DNA of 64,000 nt, taken from an uncultured Actinomycetes bacterium (GTDB taxonomy: Bacteria > Actinomycetota > Thermoleophilia > RBG-16-64-13). How positions within the stretch are numbered: the stretch's first letter is position 1; each line of letters opens with the position of its first letter. The DNA is taken from positions 2,318-66,317 of the forward strand of contig CAKZRW010000025.1 of the NCBI GenBank assembly GCA_937148845.1. The letters run 5' to 3'. Both the position numbers and the translations under genes were made by a program. The notes below the pieces were generated by a model. It did no database searches. It worked only from the letters and a program-made list of their open reading frames with translations, and was not told the DNA's origin. Below, one piece after another: positions 8,473 through 17,152 of this stretch.

Positions 8473-11031
8473 ATGGTCGAGCTTGATCGGACCGCTGCGC
8501 TGCTTGTCACCCGTGACCTGGTGCTGTTCCCGGGTACCCTGGCCCCCATCTTCGTGGAGCGGGAGAAGGGAGTGCGGGCCCTGGAGCAGGCTCAGCAGTC
8601 CGGAGGTCTGCTGGTGCTGGTGGCCCAGCGGACTCCTGCTGCCGATGATCCCCAACCCGATGAGATCTATAGGGTGGGGACCTTGGCGAAAGTAGTGCAG
8701 TCCTCCCGGCTGGCCGATGGTACGTACAAAGCGCTGATAGAGGGAAAACAGCGGGTGTCCATCGTCGACTATCTGTCGACGACCCCCCACTTCGTGGTGC
8801 GGTATGAGCCCATCGAGAGCAGAGCCCCCGCCAAGTGGCCGCGCATGCGCGCCCTGATGGATTCAGTAGCGCGGGAGTTTACTGCCTACGTGGGACAGAC
8901 CCCCCAGCTGCCCGAGGAGGCCGAGACAGCGCTGGAGACAGTGACCGACCCCGAGAACATGTTGAACGTGGTGGGCTCGAACCTGTTGATCGCTCCGGAC
9001 CGCAAGCAGGAGCTGCTGGAAGGCGAGGAGCTCGAACCCAGGATGCTCCTGCTGTTGGAGACACTCATTCAAGAGAATGAGTTCATCGCCCTGGAAAACG
9101 AGATTGCGGAGCGTGTACACGACAGTTTCGAGCGCCAGCAGCGACGTGTGTTCTTGCACGAGAGGCTCCGGGTGTTGCAAGAAGAGCTGGGCGAGGAGGG
9201 CGAGGCCGACAGCGAGCGGGGAGCCTACCTCAAGCTGCTGGAGAGCAAGAATCTGCCGGAGGCAGCCGCCGCCGCCCTCACCAAAGAGATAAAGCGACTC
9301 AGCGACCTACCGCCGCTCTCGGCCGAGGTGGCCGTGGCCAAGACCTATCTGGACACCGCCTTGGGACTGCCCTGGGGTGTGCGGTCGGGTGCGGAGGTGC
9401 CCGATGTAGCGGCGGTGGCCCGCATACTAGACGAGACCCACTACGGCCTGGAGAGTGTCAAGGACAGGATCATCGAGTACCTGGCTGTGGCATCTCTGCG
9501 GGGGGGTACCCCGCCCAACACCATCCTTTGCCTGGTGGGCCCGCCGGGGGTGGGCAAGACGTCGGTCGCTCTGGCCACTGCCAAAGGCTTGAACCGACCG
9601 CTGCAGCGCATCAGCTTGGGGGGCGTCCGCGACGAGGGTGAGATCCGAGGGCATCGCCGGACCTATGTGGGAGCCATGCCTGGGCGTATCATCGATGCTC
9701 TCAAACGAGCAGGGGTGGACGACCCGGTGATCGTCCTGGACGAAATCGACAAAATGGAGAGCGATTGGCGGGGCGATCCCGCGGCGGCGCTGATGGAAGT
9801 GCTGGATCCTGTGCAGAATCGTGCCTTCCGGGACAATTACCTTGAGTTGGAGTATGACCTTTCGCACGTGTTCTTCATTGCCACCGCCAACTACGAAGAA
9901 GACATACCCGAGACGCTGCACGATCGGCTGGAGATCATCCGGCTCCCCGGTTACACAGACCGGGAGAAACTGGAGATCGCCACTAGACATCTGGTGCCCA
10001 AGATCGCGGAGGAGAGCGGTCTGGCTGAGCTGGGCAATGTCTTCACGCCCGCCGCTCTGCGGCTGCTCATAAGCGAGTACACCCGCGAGGCAGGCGTACG
10101 GGAGTTGGCGCGTTCGATCGGCAAGGTCTACCGACGGCTAGCCCGGCGGAAGATCGAAGGCAAGACGGTCCCCAAGCGTATCGGTCCGCGTGAGCTTCGG
10201 CGTCTGTTGGGGCCGGCGCCCTTCCTCTCACCGCGGCTGAGCAGCGAGCCGCAGGTCGGGGTGAGCCTGGGTCTGGCCTATACCGGGGCGGGGGGTGACG
10301 TCCTGCGGATAGAATGCGTGGTCACGCCGGGTAAGGGTGACTTCCATCTGACCGGGCAACTGGGCGAGGTCATGCAGGAGAGCGTCACCGCAGCTTGGGG
10401 CTATCTCAAGACTTCGTTGCCGCGCGATCCTCTGCTGGCCTCGCTGTGGATCCACTCTGCGGGTAGAGCCTACCTGCTCGAGAACTACGAGGCGCCCGAG
10501 CCGGCGGAGGACGAGGGGCGACGGCCTTCGCCGACCGGGGAGACGCGGTCACCCGCTCTGCGGGGAACGGAAAGGCGAGGGCGAGAGAAGGTTTCACGGA
10601 GCGAAGACAGGCAAGGCGACGAAGGCTACGCGCAGCCTTCAGACCATGAGCTCCTCTCGGCCCTGGAGGTAAGGATGCACTTCCCCGAAGGCGGGGTGCC
10701 GAAGGAAGGGCCTTCCGCCGGCATCGCCGTGGCCACGGCCTTGTTGTCGGCCTTGCTCCAGGTACCGGTGGTACCGAAAGTGGCCCTGTCGGGCGAGATA
10801 ACCTTGACGGGCCAGGTGCTCCCGGTGGGCGGTCTCAAGGAGAAACTATTGGCTGCCCTGCGCGAAGGCGTGGAGAAGGTGGTACTTCCGGCGAGCGTGA
10901 GGCCAGAGGTCCAGGAGTTGCCGGACGAGCTTAAGAAGGGGCTGGACATCGTCTATGCCGACACGTTTGTAGAGGTGCTGCCCCACGCTCTGGTGGGGCT
11001 CGCAGGTGAGCGGGAGGAAACGGAGGAGTGA
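8473..11031 (+). CDS. lon: ATP-dependent Lon protease (LonA) carrying a ~70-aa charged low-complexity insertion in the protease domain
   Basis: 852 aa. LON N-domain, Walker A GPPGVGKTS, catalytic PKEGPSAGIAV (Ser) and K downstream. Insertion ENYEAPEPAEDEGRRPSPTGETRSPALRGTERRGREKVSRSEDRQGDEGYAQPSDHE lies just before the catalytic Ser motif. Confidence 0.9.
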   Translation: MVELDRTAALLVTRDLVLFPGTLAPIFVEREKGVRALEQAQQSGGLLVLVAQRTPAADDPQPDEIYRVGTLAKVVQSSRLADGTYKALIEGKQRVSIVDYLSTTPHFVVRYEPIESRAPAKWPRMRALMDSVAREFTAYVGQTPQLPEEAETALETVTDPENMLNVVGSNLLIAPDRKQELLEGEELEPRMLLLLETLIQENEFIALENEIAERVHDSFERQQRRVFLHERLRVLQEELGEEGEADSERGAYLKLLESKNLPEAAAAALTKEIKRLSDLPPLSAEVAVAKTYLDTALGLPWGVRSGAEVPDVAAVARILDETHYGLESVKDRIIEYLAVASLRGGTPPNTILCLVGPPGVGKTSVALATAKGLNRPLQRISLGGVRDEGEIRGHRRTYVGAMPGRIIDALKRAGVDDPVIVLDEIDKMESDWRGDPAAALMEVLDPVQNRAFRDNYLELEYDLSHVFFIATANYEEDIPETLHDRLEIIRLPGYTDREKLEIATRHLVPKIAEESGLAELGNVFTPAALRLLISEYTREAGVRELARSIGKVYRRLARRKIEGKTVPKRIGPRELRRLLGPAPFLSPRLSSEPQVGVSLGLAYTGAGGDVLRIECVVTPGKGDFHLTGQLGEVMQESVTAAWGYLKTSLPRDPLLASLWIHSAGRAYLLENYEAPEPAEDEGRRPSPTGETRSPALRGTERRGREKVSRSEDRQGDEGYAQPSDHELLSALEVRMHFPEGGVPKEGPSAGIAVATALLSALLQVPVVPKVALSGEITLTGQVLPVGGLKEKLLAALREGVEKVVLPASVRPEVQELPDELKKGLDIVYADTFVEVLPHALVGLAGEREETEE

Positions 11032-13769
11032 TGACCGTGGCGGACATGTCGGCGCGCTACGCGCCGCATGAGGTCGAGGAGCGACTCATGAAGCGCTGGC
11101 TGGACCGTTCGGCCTTCCATCCTCGTACCGACGATCCGCGTCAGGGTTTTGTGATAGCCATACCCCCGCCCAACGTCACGGGCTCGCTCCACATGGGGCA
11201 TGCGCTCAACAACACCATCCAGGACGTCCTCATCCGCTATCAACACCTGCAAGGCCGTAACACGTTGTGGATCGTAGGCACCGACCACGCCGGTATCGCC
11301 ACCCAGACCAAGGTCGAAGCCCAGCTGGCAAGCGAGGGACTGCGCAAAGAAGACATCGGGCGGGAAGCGTTCCTGGAACGCGTTTGGAAGTGGCGTGAGG
11401 AGTATGGTTCGACCATCATCCGCCAACTCAAACGACTAGGCTGCGCTTGCGACTACGAGTCAGAGCGCTTTACCATGGACGAGGCGTATCAGAAAGCCGT
11501 CACCAAGGTCTTTATCGAGCTGTACCGCAAGGGTGACATCTACCGGGACCTGTACTTAGTCAACTGGTGTACGCGCTGCGGCTCCGCTATCTCCGATCTG
11601 GAAGTGGAGCACGTGGACCGGGCCGCGAAACTTTATTACGTCAAGTATCCCCTGGTGGGGTCCAACGATTTCGTGCTTGTGGCGACTACGAGGCCGGAGA
11701 CCATCCTGGGGGATACCGCGGTAGCCGTCAATCCCAAGGACCCCCGTTACGCCCACTTGGTGGGACAGAGGGTGAGGGTTCCCCTCACCGGTCGTGAAGT
11801 ACCTGTCATCGCTGACGAGCACGTTGATATCGACTTCGGCACCGGAGCGCTCAAGATAACCCCTGGGCACGACCCCAACGACTGGGAGATCGGTCTGCGC
11901 CAAGGCCTGCCCAGTCTCTCGGTCATCGGCTTTGACGGGGTGATGACCGAAGAGGCGGGCGAGTTTGCAGGACTCACCGTGGCGGAAGCGCGCGGGGCCG
12001 TACTCACCCGCCTCGCCGAGCAGGGGTTGTTCGTCAAGGCCGAGGAGCACAGCCATGCCGTGGGCACCTGCTATCGATGTGGCACCACCATCGAGCCGCT
12101 TCTCTCCTTGCAGTGGTTCATGGACATGAAGCGTCTGGCCGCACCCGCCATCCGGGCGGTAGAAGAAGGCAGGGTGCGTTTCTGGCCTTCGCGATGGGCC
12201 GAAGTGTATCTGGAGTGGATGCGCGGCATTCGGCCTTGGTGCATCAGCCGGCAGCTCTGGTGGGGCCACCGCATACCCGCCTATTTTTGCGAGCAATGCG
12301 GTCACATCACGGTGGCTGAGACAACACCCCCTGCTTGCGAGCGTTGTGGCGGACCTGTCCGTCAAGACGAGGACGTCCTTGACACCTGGTTCAGCTCACA
12401 GTTGTGGCCTTTCGCCACCTTGGGCTGGCCGGAAGAGACAGAGCGTCTGCGCGTGTTCTATCCGACCGATGTGCTCTCCACCGCCCGCGACATCATCTAC
12501 CTTTGGGTCGCGCGCATGATCATGATGGGACTCGAATTCATGGGCGAGGTCCCTTTCCGTGACGTCATCATCCACCCCACGGTCCTGGCTGCCGACGGTC
12601 GGCGGATGAGCAAGAGTCTGGGCACCGGGGTCGACCCTCTAGAACTCATCGAAGTCTATGGGGCAGACGCCACCCGCTTCGGCCTCATCTACATGAGCTC
12701 GGTGCAGGACGTGCGCTTCAGCAGCGAGCGCATCGAGATGGGGCGCAACTTCGCCAACAAGATCTGGAATGCCTCCCGCCTGGTCCTGTTGGGCTCCCAC
12801 CCCGAGGCCCGTCCCGAGGTCAGCCTGACCACTCCCAGTGACCGCTGGATCTTCAGTCGCCTCTCTCAGGTCGTGGAGGAGACGGCCCGCCTCTACGAGA
12901 CGTACGAATTCGCTGATGTAGCCCGGCTTCTCTACCGGTTCATCTGGAATGAGCTCTGCGACTGGTATCTAGAGATGGCCAAAGTCCGCCTCTACAGCGA
13001 AGAGGAGGGAGAGAGGCTAGCCGTCAGCGGCAACCTCCTGTTCCTGTTGGAACAGGTCATGAAACTGCTTCATCCGCTCATGCCCTTTGTGACCGAGGAG
13101 GTATACAGCTATCTGCCCCAGGTGGCCTGCGGCGACCGACCCTCCAGTCTGTTCGACGCCGGTTGGCCGGTTGCTCAACCGGAATGGAACGATCCAGCCG
13201 CGGAAGCTGCCCTGGAGGCTTTCATGGCTGTAGTGGCCGGTCTACGCTCCACCCGGGAGGAGCTAGGCTTACCCCGCGACCTGCAGGCTTCAGTGGTAGT
13301 GGTCGAGAAGGCTCCAGGAGCAAGCCAAGCGCTTAAGGAGGAGAAGGAGGCCTTTCGTCACCTGTGCGGATTCACCGTGGGGGAGGTAGTGGTGGCCACA
13401 GCCGGGGTCTCGACTGAGTCCGCGCCCGAAGTCCGCGTCTCATCGGGAGTGGAAACGTCCCCGGCGCTGGTACGCGCTGCCTCTGTGGAAGGACCCGGCG
13501 TGCGGGCTTTGCTGCCGCTGGAGGGCCTGGTGGATGTGGAGCGAGAACGAGAACGGCTGCTAAGTAAGGCGCGCAAGGCCCAGACCGAGTTGGCTAAGGC
13601 CAAGGCCAAGCTGGCGAACCCCCAGTTTGTGACCAAAGCGCCTGCCTCCGTGGTGGAGGAGGAAAGGAACCGGCTGGTCCAGGCGGAGGAAGTTCTCATC
13701 GAGGTGCGCCGTCAGTACCGCGAACGGATAGGAGCAGAGCTTCCGCTCGAAGCAGAGGTCGCGAGATGA
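11028..13769 (+). CDS. valS: valine--tRNA ligase
   Basis: 913 aa. Class I HMGH (LHMGHALN) and KMSKS motifs. C-terminal coiled coil. ATGA overlap with lon. Confidence 0.95.
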   Translation: MMTVADMSARYAPHEVEERLMKRWLDRSAFHPRTDDPRQGFVIAIPPPNVTGSLHMGHALNNTIQDVLIRYQHLQGRNTLWIVGTDHAGIATQTKVEAQLASEGLRKEDIGREAFLERVWKWREEYGSTIIRQLKRLGCACDYESERFTMDEAYQKAVTKVFIELYRKGDIYRDLYLVNWCTRCGSAISDLEVEHVDRAAKLYYVKYPLVGSNDFVLVATTRPETILGDTAVAVNPKDPRYAHLVGQRVRVPLTGREVPVIADEHVDIDFGTGALKITPGHDPNDWEIGLRQGLPSLSVIGFDGVMTEEAGEFAGLTVAEARGAVLTRLAEQGLFVKAEEHSHAVGTCYRCGTTIEPLLSLQWFMDMKRLAAPAIRAVEEGRVRFWPSRWAEVYLEWMRGIRPWCISRQLWWGHRIPAYFCEQCGHITVAETTPPACERCGGPVRQDEDVLDTWFSSQLWPFATLGWPEETERLRVFYPTDVLSTARDIIYLWVARMIMMGLEFMGEVPFRDVIIHPTVLAADGRRMSKSLGTGVDPLELIEVYGADATRFGLIYMSSVQDVRFSSERIEMGRNFANKIWNASRLVLLGSHPEARPEVSLTTPSDRWIFSRLSQVVEETARLYETYEFADVARLLYRFIWNELCDWYLEMAKVRLYSEEEGERLAVSGNLLFLLEQVMKLLHPLMPFVTEEVYSYLPQVACGDRPSSLFDAGWPVAQPEWNDPAAEAALEAFMAVVAGLRSTREELGLPRDLQASVVVVEKAPGASQALKEEKEAFRHLCGFTVGEVVVATAGVSTESAPEVRVSSGVETSPALVRAASVEGPGVRALLPLEGLVDVERERERLLSKARKAQTELAKAKAKLANPQFVTKAPASVVEEERNRLVQAEEVLIEVRRQYRERIGAELPLEAEVAR

Positions 13770-15064
13770 GAGTCACTGATTCTGCTTATGAAGAAATCTG
13801 GGCCTACATCGACGGTCTGGAGAGAGTGGGGGTGCGGCTGGGACTCGAGCGTATCTCCCGGCTGGTGGAAGCCCTGGGTTCTCCTCATAAGGCCTATCGG
13901 ACTGTGCATGTGGTGGGCACTAACGGCAAGAGCTCGACCACCCGTTTCATCGCCGGTCTGCTGAAAGCGCACGGTCATAAGGTGGGGGCCTACGTCTCGC
14001 CTCATTTGGTCAGCCTGGCAGAGCGCCAGATGGTGGACGGCGTACCGGCCTCAGAGGCGGAGTTCTGCGACTTGGTCGGGCGTGTGCGTCCAGTAGTGGA
14101 AAGGTTGGAGCACGGGTCGAGCGATGACGACAGGTTCACCCAGTTCGAGGTCCTTACTGCCGCAGCCTTCCTTTACTTCGCCGAGAGCGGCTGCGATGTA
14201 GCCGTGATCGAGGCGGGGCTGGGCGGTCGGTTGGACGCTACCTCCGTGATCTCTTCTGAGGTGCAGGTGCTCACCAGCATCGGACTGGAACATACGGAGT
14301 TCTTGGGGGATACCTTGTCGGCCATCCTCCGGGAGAAGGCCGCCGTGATTCCTGAAGGCGGTCGAGTGGTGGCCGGTGCACTCGCCCCGGAGCTCAAGGC
14401 GGAGCTCAAGGAGATATGCATAGGTCGTGCAGCCCGCTGCCATTTCCTCGGCGACGATCTGCTGGTCTTGTGTGGCCGTCAGGATGAGATGTTCGATGTT
14501 CTTGGGCTGAACGGCTGTTACAGCGATCTGCGGCTCAAGGCCTTAGGAGACTACCAGCGCAGCAACGCTGCGGTGGCGGTGGGCGCGGCTGAGCTCTTCG
14601 AGCAGGAACAGCTCGACGAAGCGGCGGTGCGCTCGGTTCTGGCTTCCACAGTGGTTCCTGGACGTCTAGAGATCGTGAGTGATCAGCCGCTCTGCATCTT
14701 CGATGGCTCTCACAACCCCCAAGGCATGGAAGAGACCATGCGTTCCCTGGACCGTATCCTGGAGCGACGCAGGCTCATCGCCGTAGTCTCGATCTTGAAA
14801 GACAAAGACGCCCGCGAAATGGTCAAGCATCTCGCCCCTCGGTGTGACTTGATCTTCGCCACACAGTCATCCAGCCCTCGCGCCATCCCCGCCGAGGAGC
14901 TGGCCAAGCTCATCTCGGGTCTGGGGAAGCGTCACGAAGTGTTTGTGGACGAGGATCCCCGGTCTGCGCTGCACAGTGCGTACCGTCTTGCCACCTCCAA
15001 TCAGGTTGTTCTAGTGACCGGATCTTTCACTCTGGTCTCTGACCTCAAACGGGAGCTCAACTAG
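13766..15064 (+). CDS. folC: bifunctional folylpolyglutamate synthase / dihydrofolate synthase
   Basis: 432 aa. Mur-ligase fold with VVGTNGKSST P-loop. Classic valS-folC adjacency. ATGA overlap with valS. Confidence 0.9.
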   Translation: MRVTDSAYEEIWAYIDGLERVGVRLGLERISRLVEALGSPHKAYRTVHVVGTNGKSSTTRFIAGLLKAHGHKVGAYVSPHLVSLAERQMVDGVPASEAEFCDLVGRVRPVVERLEHGSSDDDRFTQFEVLTAAAFLYFAESGCDVAVIEAGLGGRLDATSVISSEVQVLTSIGLEHTEFLGDTLSAILREKAAVIPEGGRVVAGALAPELKAELKEICIGRAARCHFLGDDLLVLCGRQDEMFDVLGLNGCYSDLRLKALGDYQRSNAAVAVGAAELFEQEQLDEAAVRSVLASTVVPGRLEIVSDQPLCIFDGSHNPQGMEETMRSLDRILERRRLIAVVSILKDKDAREMVKHLAPRCDLIFATQSSSPRAIPAEELAKLISGLGKRHEVFVDEDPRSALHSAYRLATSNQVVLVTGSFTLVSDLKRELN

Positions 15065-15076
15065 GCGGTGTCGGCC

Positions 15077-15217
15077 ATGGGGAACACTGACACAAGGATC
15101 GGCGCGGGCGAGCCCAGGCGTCGCTGTGACCGTCTGCTCGTCGTGCTGCTGCTCGTGCTAATTGTCGCCGTGCTATTCTTTACCCTCGGTTACCTCCTCG
15201 CCCGGGCGCTGCTCTAG
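15077..15217 (+). CDS. possible small (46-aa) single-TM membrane protein (below the ORF-track size cutoff)
   Basis: ATG...TAG ORF MGNTDTRIGAGEPRRRCDRLLVVLLLVLIVAVLFFTLGYLLARALL in the folC-to-next-gene spacer: a charged N-terminus then one hydrophobic helix. Weak Shine-Dalgarno. Codon usage looks genome-like. Confidence 0.3.
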   Translation: MGNTDTRIGAGEPRRRCDRLLVVLLLVLIVAVLFFTLGYLLARALL

Positions 15218-15226
15218 GAGTCCAGC

Positions 15227-15793
15227 ATGGACAATCTCTTCGAGACCATCAACAAGATCATCAGTTCGCCTCTGTGGACTCTCGCGCTCTACGTCTTCCT
15301 GTTCTTTCTGGTGGTTTTCTGGCTGGTCCTGGTCTTCTGGACGTTCAAGGATGCGAGGAAGCGCATCGATGATCCCGTCATAGTCGGGGTGGCTGTGCTC
15401 TCCTCGCTCGTGTTGCCCTACATGGGGACGTTGGTATATACGATCCTGCGCCCCGCCGAGTATCTCTCGGAAGCTCGGGAGCGTGAGCTCGAGATGCGGG
15501 CCATGGAGCAAGAGCTGCAGACGTTGAGGGCTTGTCCTTCTTGCGGGGGGATCGTCCGTCCTGACTACTTGGCCTGTCCAAACTGCCGCCGGCCTCTGCG
15601 GGCAGCCTGTTCGCACTGTGGTCGGGTGCTGGAACCGGGTTGGAAGCTCTGTCCTTATTGTGGCCGCGATGCCACGCAGCGGCGTGTGCCGCCTCCTGGG
15701 AGCCGAGATTCGGAACGGGGTGGGGAGGATCGTGGCCAGTTCGAGGCCACTCTTAGTGAGGGCAAGCAGCCTTCGCTGGCCGAAGCTGAATAG
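15227..15793 (+). CDS. membrane protein with PLDc_N-type 2-TM domain fused to a C-terminal double zinc-ribbon
   Basis: 188 aa. FWTFKDARKR...DPVIV...LVLPYMGTLVYTIL matches the PLDc_N (YxlE-like) pattern. The C-terminus has CPSCGG...CPNC...CSHCG...CPYCG (four CxxC). Sits where actinobacterial valS-folC-membrane protein-ndk synteny predicts. Confidence 0.7.
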   Translation: MDNLFETINKIISSPLWTLALYVFLFFLVVFWLVLVFWTFKDARKRIDDPVIVGVAVLSSLVLPYMGTLVYTILRPAEYLSEARERELEMRAMEQELQTLRACPSCGGIVRPDYLACPNCRRPLRAACSHCGRVLEPGWKLCPYCGRDATQRRVPPPGSRDSERGGEDRGQFEATLSEGKQPSLAEAE

Positions 15794-15857
15794 CGGCTTC
15801 TGTTCGTCGTCGTACCGTGATCGCGCAAGTCTTGCGCCCTAGAACCTGGAGGAGTCT

Positions 15858-16280
15858 GTGGAGCTCGAACGTACGTTGGTCCTGGTCAAACCTAACGGTG
15901 TGGTTCGCGGGCTGATCGGTGAAGTTGTCGGTCGCCTGGAGCGTCGCGGCCTTGAGGTCAAAGCCGCCCGCATGTTGATGGTGAGCCCCGAGCTAGCTGG
16001 TCGGCACTACGCTGAGCATGTAGGCAAGCCTTTCTACGAAGACTTGGTGCGGTTCATCACCTCGGGGCCGGTGTTCGCTATGGTGGTGCAAGGGCCGGCA
16101 GCCATACGAGTGGTGAGGACCATGATGGGGGCCACCAACCCGTTGGAAGCAGCCCCAGGCACAGTGCGGGGAGACTTCGCCCTTGACGTGGGTGAAAACA
16201 TCGTCCACAGCTCCGACGGCCCCGAGAGCGCACAGAGGGAGATCGCTCTCTTCTTCTCTCCAGAGGACCTGGTGCCATAG
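15858..16280 (+). CDS. ndk: nucleoside-diphosphate kinase
   Basis: 140 aa. LVLVKPNGV...NIVHSSDGPESA motif (the histidine in NIVHSS is the phospho-His). GTG start with GGAGG Shine-Dalgarno. Confidence 0.95.
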   Translation: MELERTLVLVKPNGVVRGLIGEVVGRLERRGLEVKAARMLMVSPELAGRHYAEHVGKPFYEDLVRFITSGPVFAMVVQGPAAIRVVRTMMGATNPLEAAPGTVRGDFALDVGENIVHSSDGPESAQREIALFFSPEDLVP

Positions 16281-16281
16281 C

Positions 16282-17052
16282 GTGCTGGATTCGTCTCGTC
16301 AGTTTCCCCCTGATTTCCGGCTCTACCTAGCGTCGCAATCACCTCGACGTCATTCGCTGCTGCGCGAGATGGGGGTTCCCTATGAGGTCGTTGCGACGCG
16401 CGGCGAAGAACAGTCCACTGGCAGGCAGGCAACCCTGGCGGCGGAGCAGAACGCTCTAAACAAGGTAATGGGAGCGGTGTTGCCCCCCGACGCGCCGGCA
16501 GGTGCGTTCGTGTTAGGCACGGACACGGTGGTCGTGATCGACGGGGTGATCCTCGGCAAGCCGCGCTCTCAGGAAGAGGCCCGTGAGATGCTGACGGCTC
16601 TGGAGGGGAGGACTCACCTGGTGATATCGGGGGTCGCGCTTATGCGTGTTCCCAGCTCGGGCTGGAGCCCGAGCGCCGCGGCCGGTTCCGACTCCGGCTT
16701 TGGGTCCAGCGCCGGGTCGTGGTCCACTTTCTCAGGGCAGTCGAGTTCCGGGGAGACGGACTTTGGGCAGGCGCATCCCGAAGGCGCGAGCGGGGCCGAA
16801 GTCCCAGTCTGGGTCGACCATTCTCTCACTCGAGTGACCTTCCGGCCGCTGCAGAGCGAAGACATAGCGGCCTATGTTTCGTCGCGAGAATGGGTAGGCA
16901 AGGCCGGCGGCTACGCAATCCAGGGCTTAGCTGGACTCTTTGTGGAGACGATCGAGGGAGAGTACAGCAACGTGGTCGGTCTGCCGCTCTGTCTCTTGCG
17001 CGAGCTCTTCTGTCGTGCCGGCTTCGACCTCTTGAAGGGGCGGTGGGTATAA
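16282..17052 (+). CDS. maf: Maf-family nucleoside triphosphate pyrophosphatase (septum formation protein Maf) with ~45-aa Ser/Gly-rich insertion
   Basis: Track ORF 16183 overlaps ndk. GTG at 16282, one nt after the ndk stop, gives ...FRLYLASQSPRRHSLL, the Maf N-terminal motif. Insertion PSSGWSPSAAAGSDSGFGSSAGSWSTFSGQSSSGETDFGQAHPEGASGAE lies between conserved blocks. Confidence 0.85.
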   Translation: MLDSSRQFPPDFRLYLASQSPRRHSLLREMGVPYEVVATRGEEQSTGRQATLAAEQNALNKVMGAVLPPDAPAGAFVLGTDTVVVIDGVILGKPRSQEEAREMLTALEGRTHLVISGVALMRVPSSGWSPSAAAGSDSGFGSSAGSWSTFSGQSSSGETDFGQAHPEGASGAEVPVWVDHSLTRVTFRPLQSEDIAAYVSSREWVGKAGGYAIQGLAGLFVETIEGEYSNVVGLPLCLLRELFCRAGFDLLKGRWV

Positions 17053-17053
17053 T
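17024..17053 (+). promoter_or_regulatory. candidate sigma-70-type promoter for mreB inside the 3' end of maf (TTCGAC-N18-TATAAT)
   Basis: Perfect TATAAT hexamer at 17048-17053 overlapping the maf TAA stop. TTCGAC lies 18 nt upstream. Confidence 0.35.
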
Positions 17054-17152
17054 ACGCCGGTACCTGAAGCTGCCGGTGGACCCTGACGAAGTGTATGGGG
17101 AGGTCGTGACATAGGCTTCTTTGACTTCATAACCGGTTTCGCCGGGCGCGAC

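Noticed and set aside
11556-12365. 269-aa antisense ORF inside valS, and similar long antisense ORFs inside tig, clpX, lon, mreC/D, proB, cysE, rsmH, ftsI, murE, murF, murD, ftsW, murC, ftsQ and ftsZ
   Set aside because: Typical stop-codon-poor antisense frames of high-GC DNA. Every sense-strand gene has strong family motifs and operon coupling. None of the antisense frames has a Shine-Dalgarno or recognisable domains.
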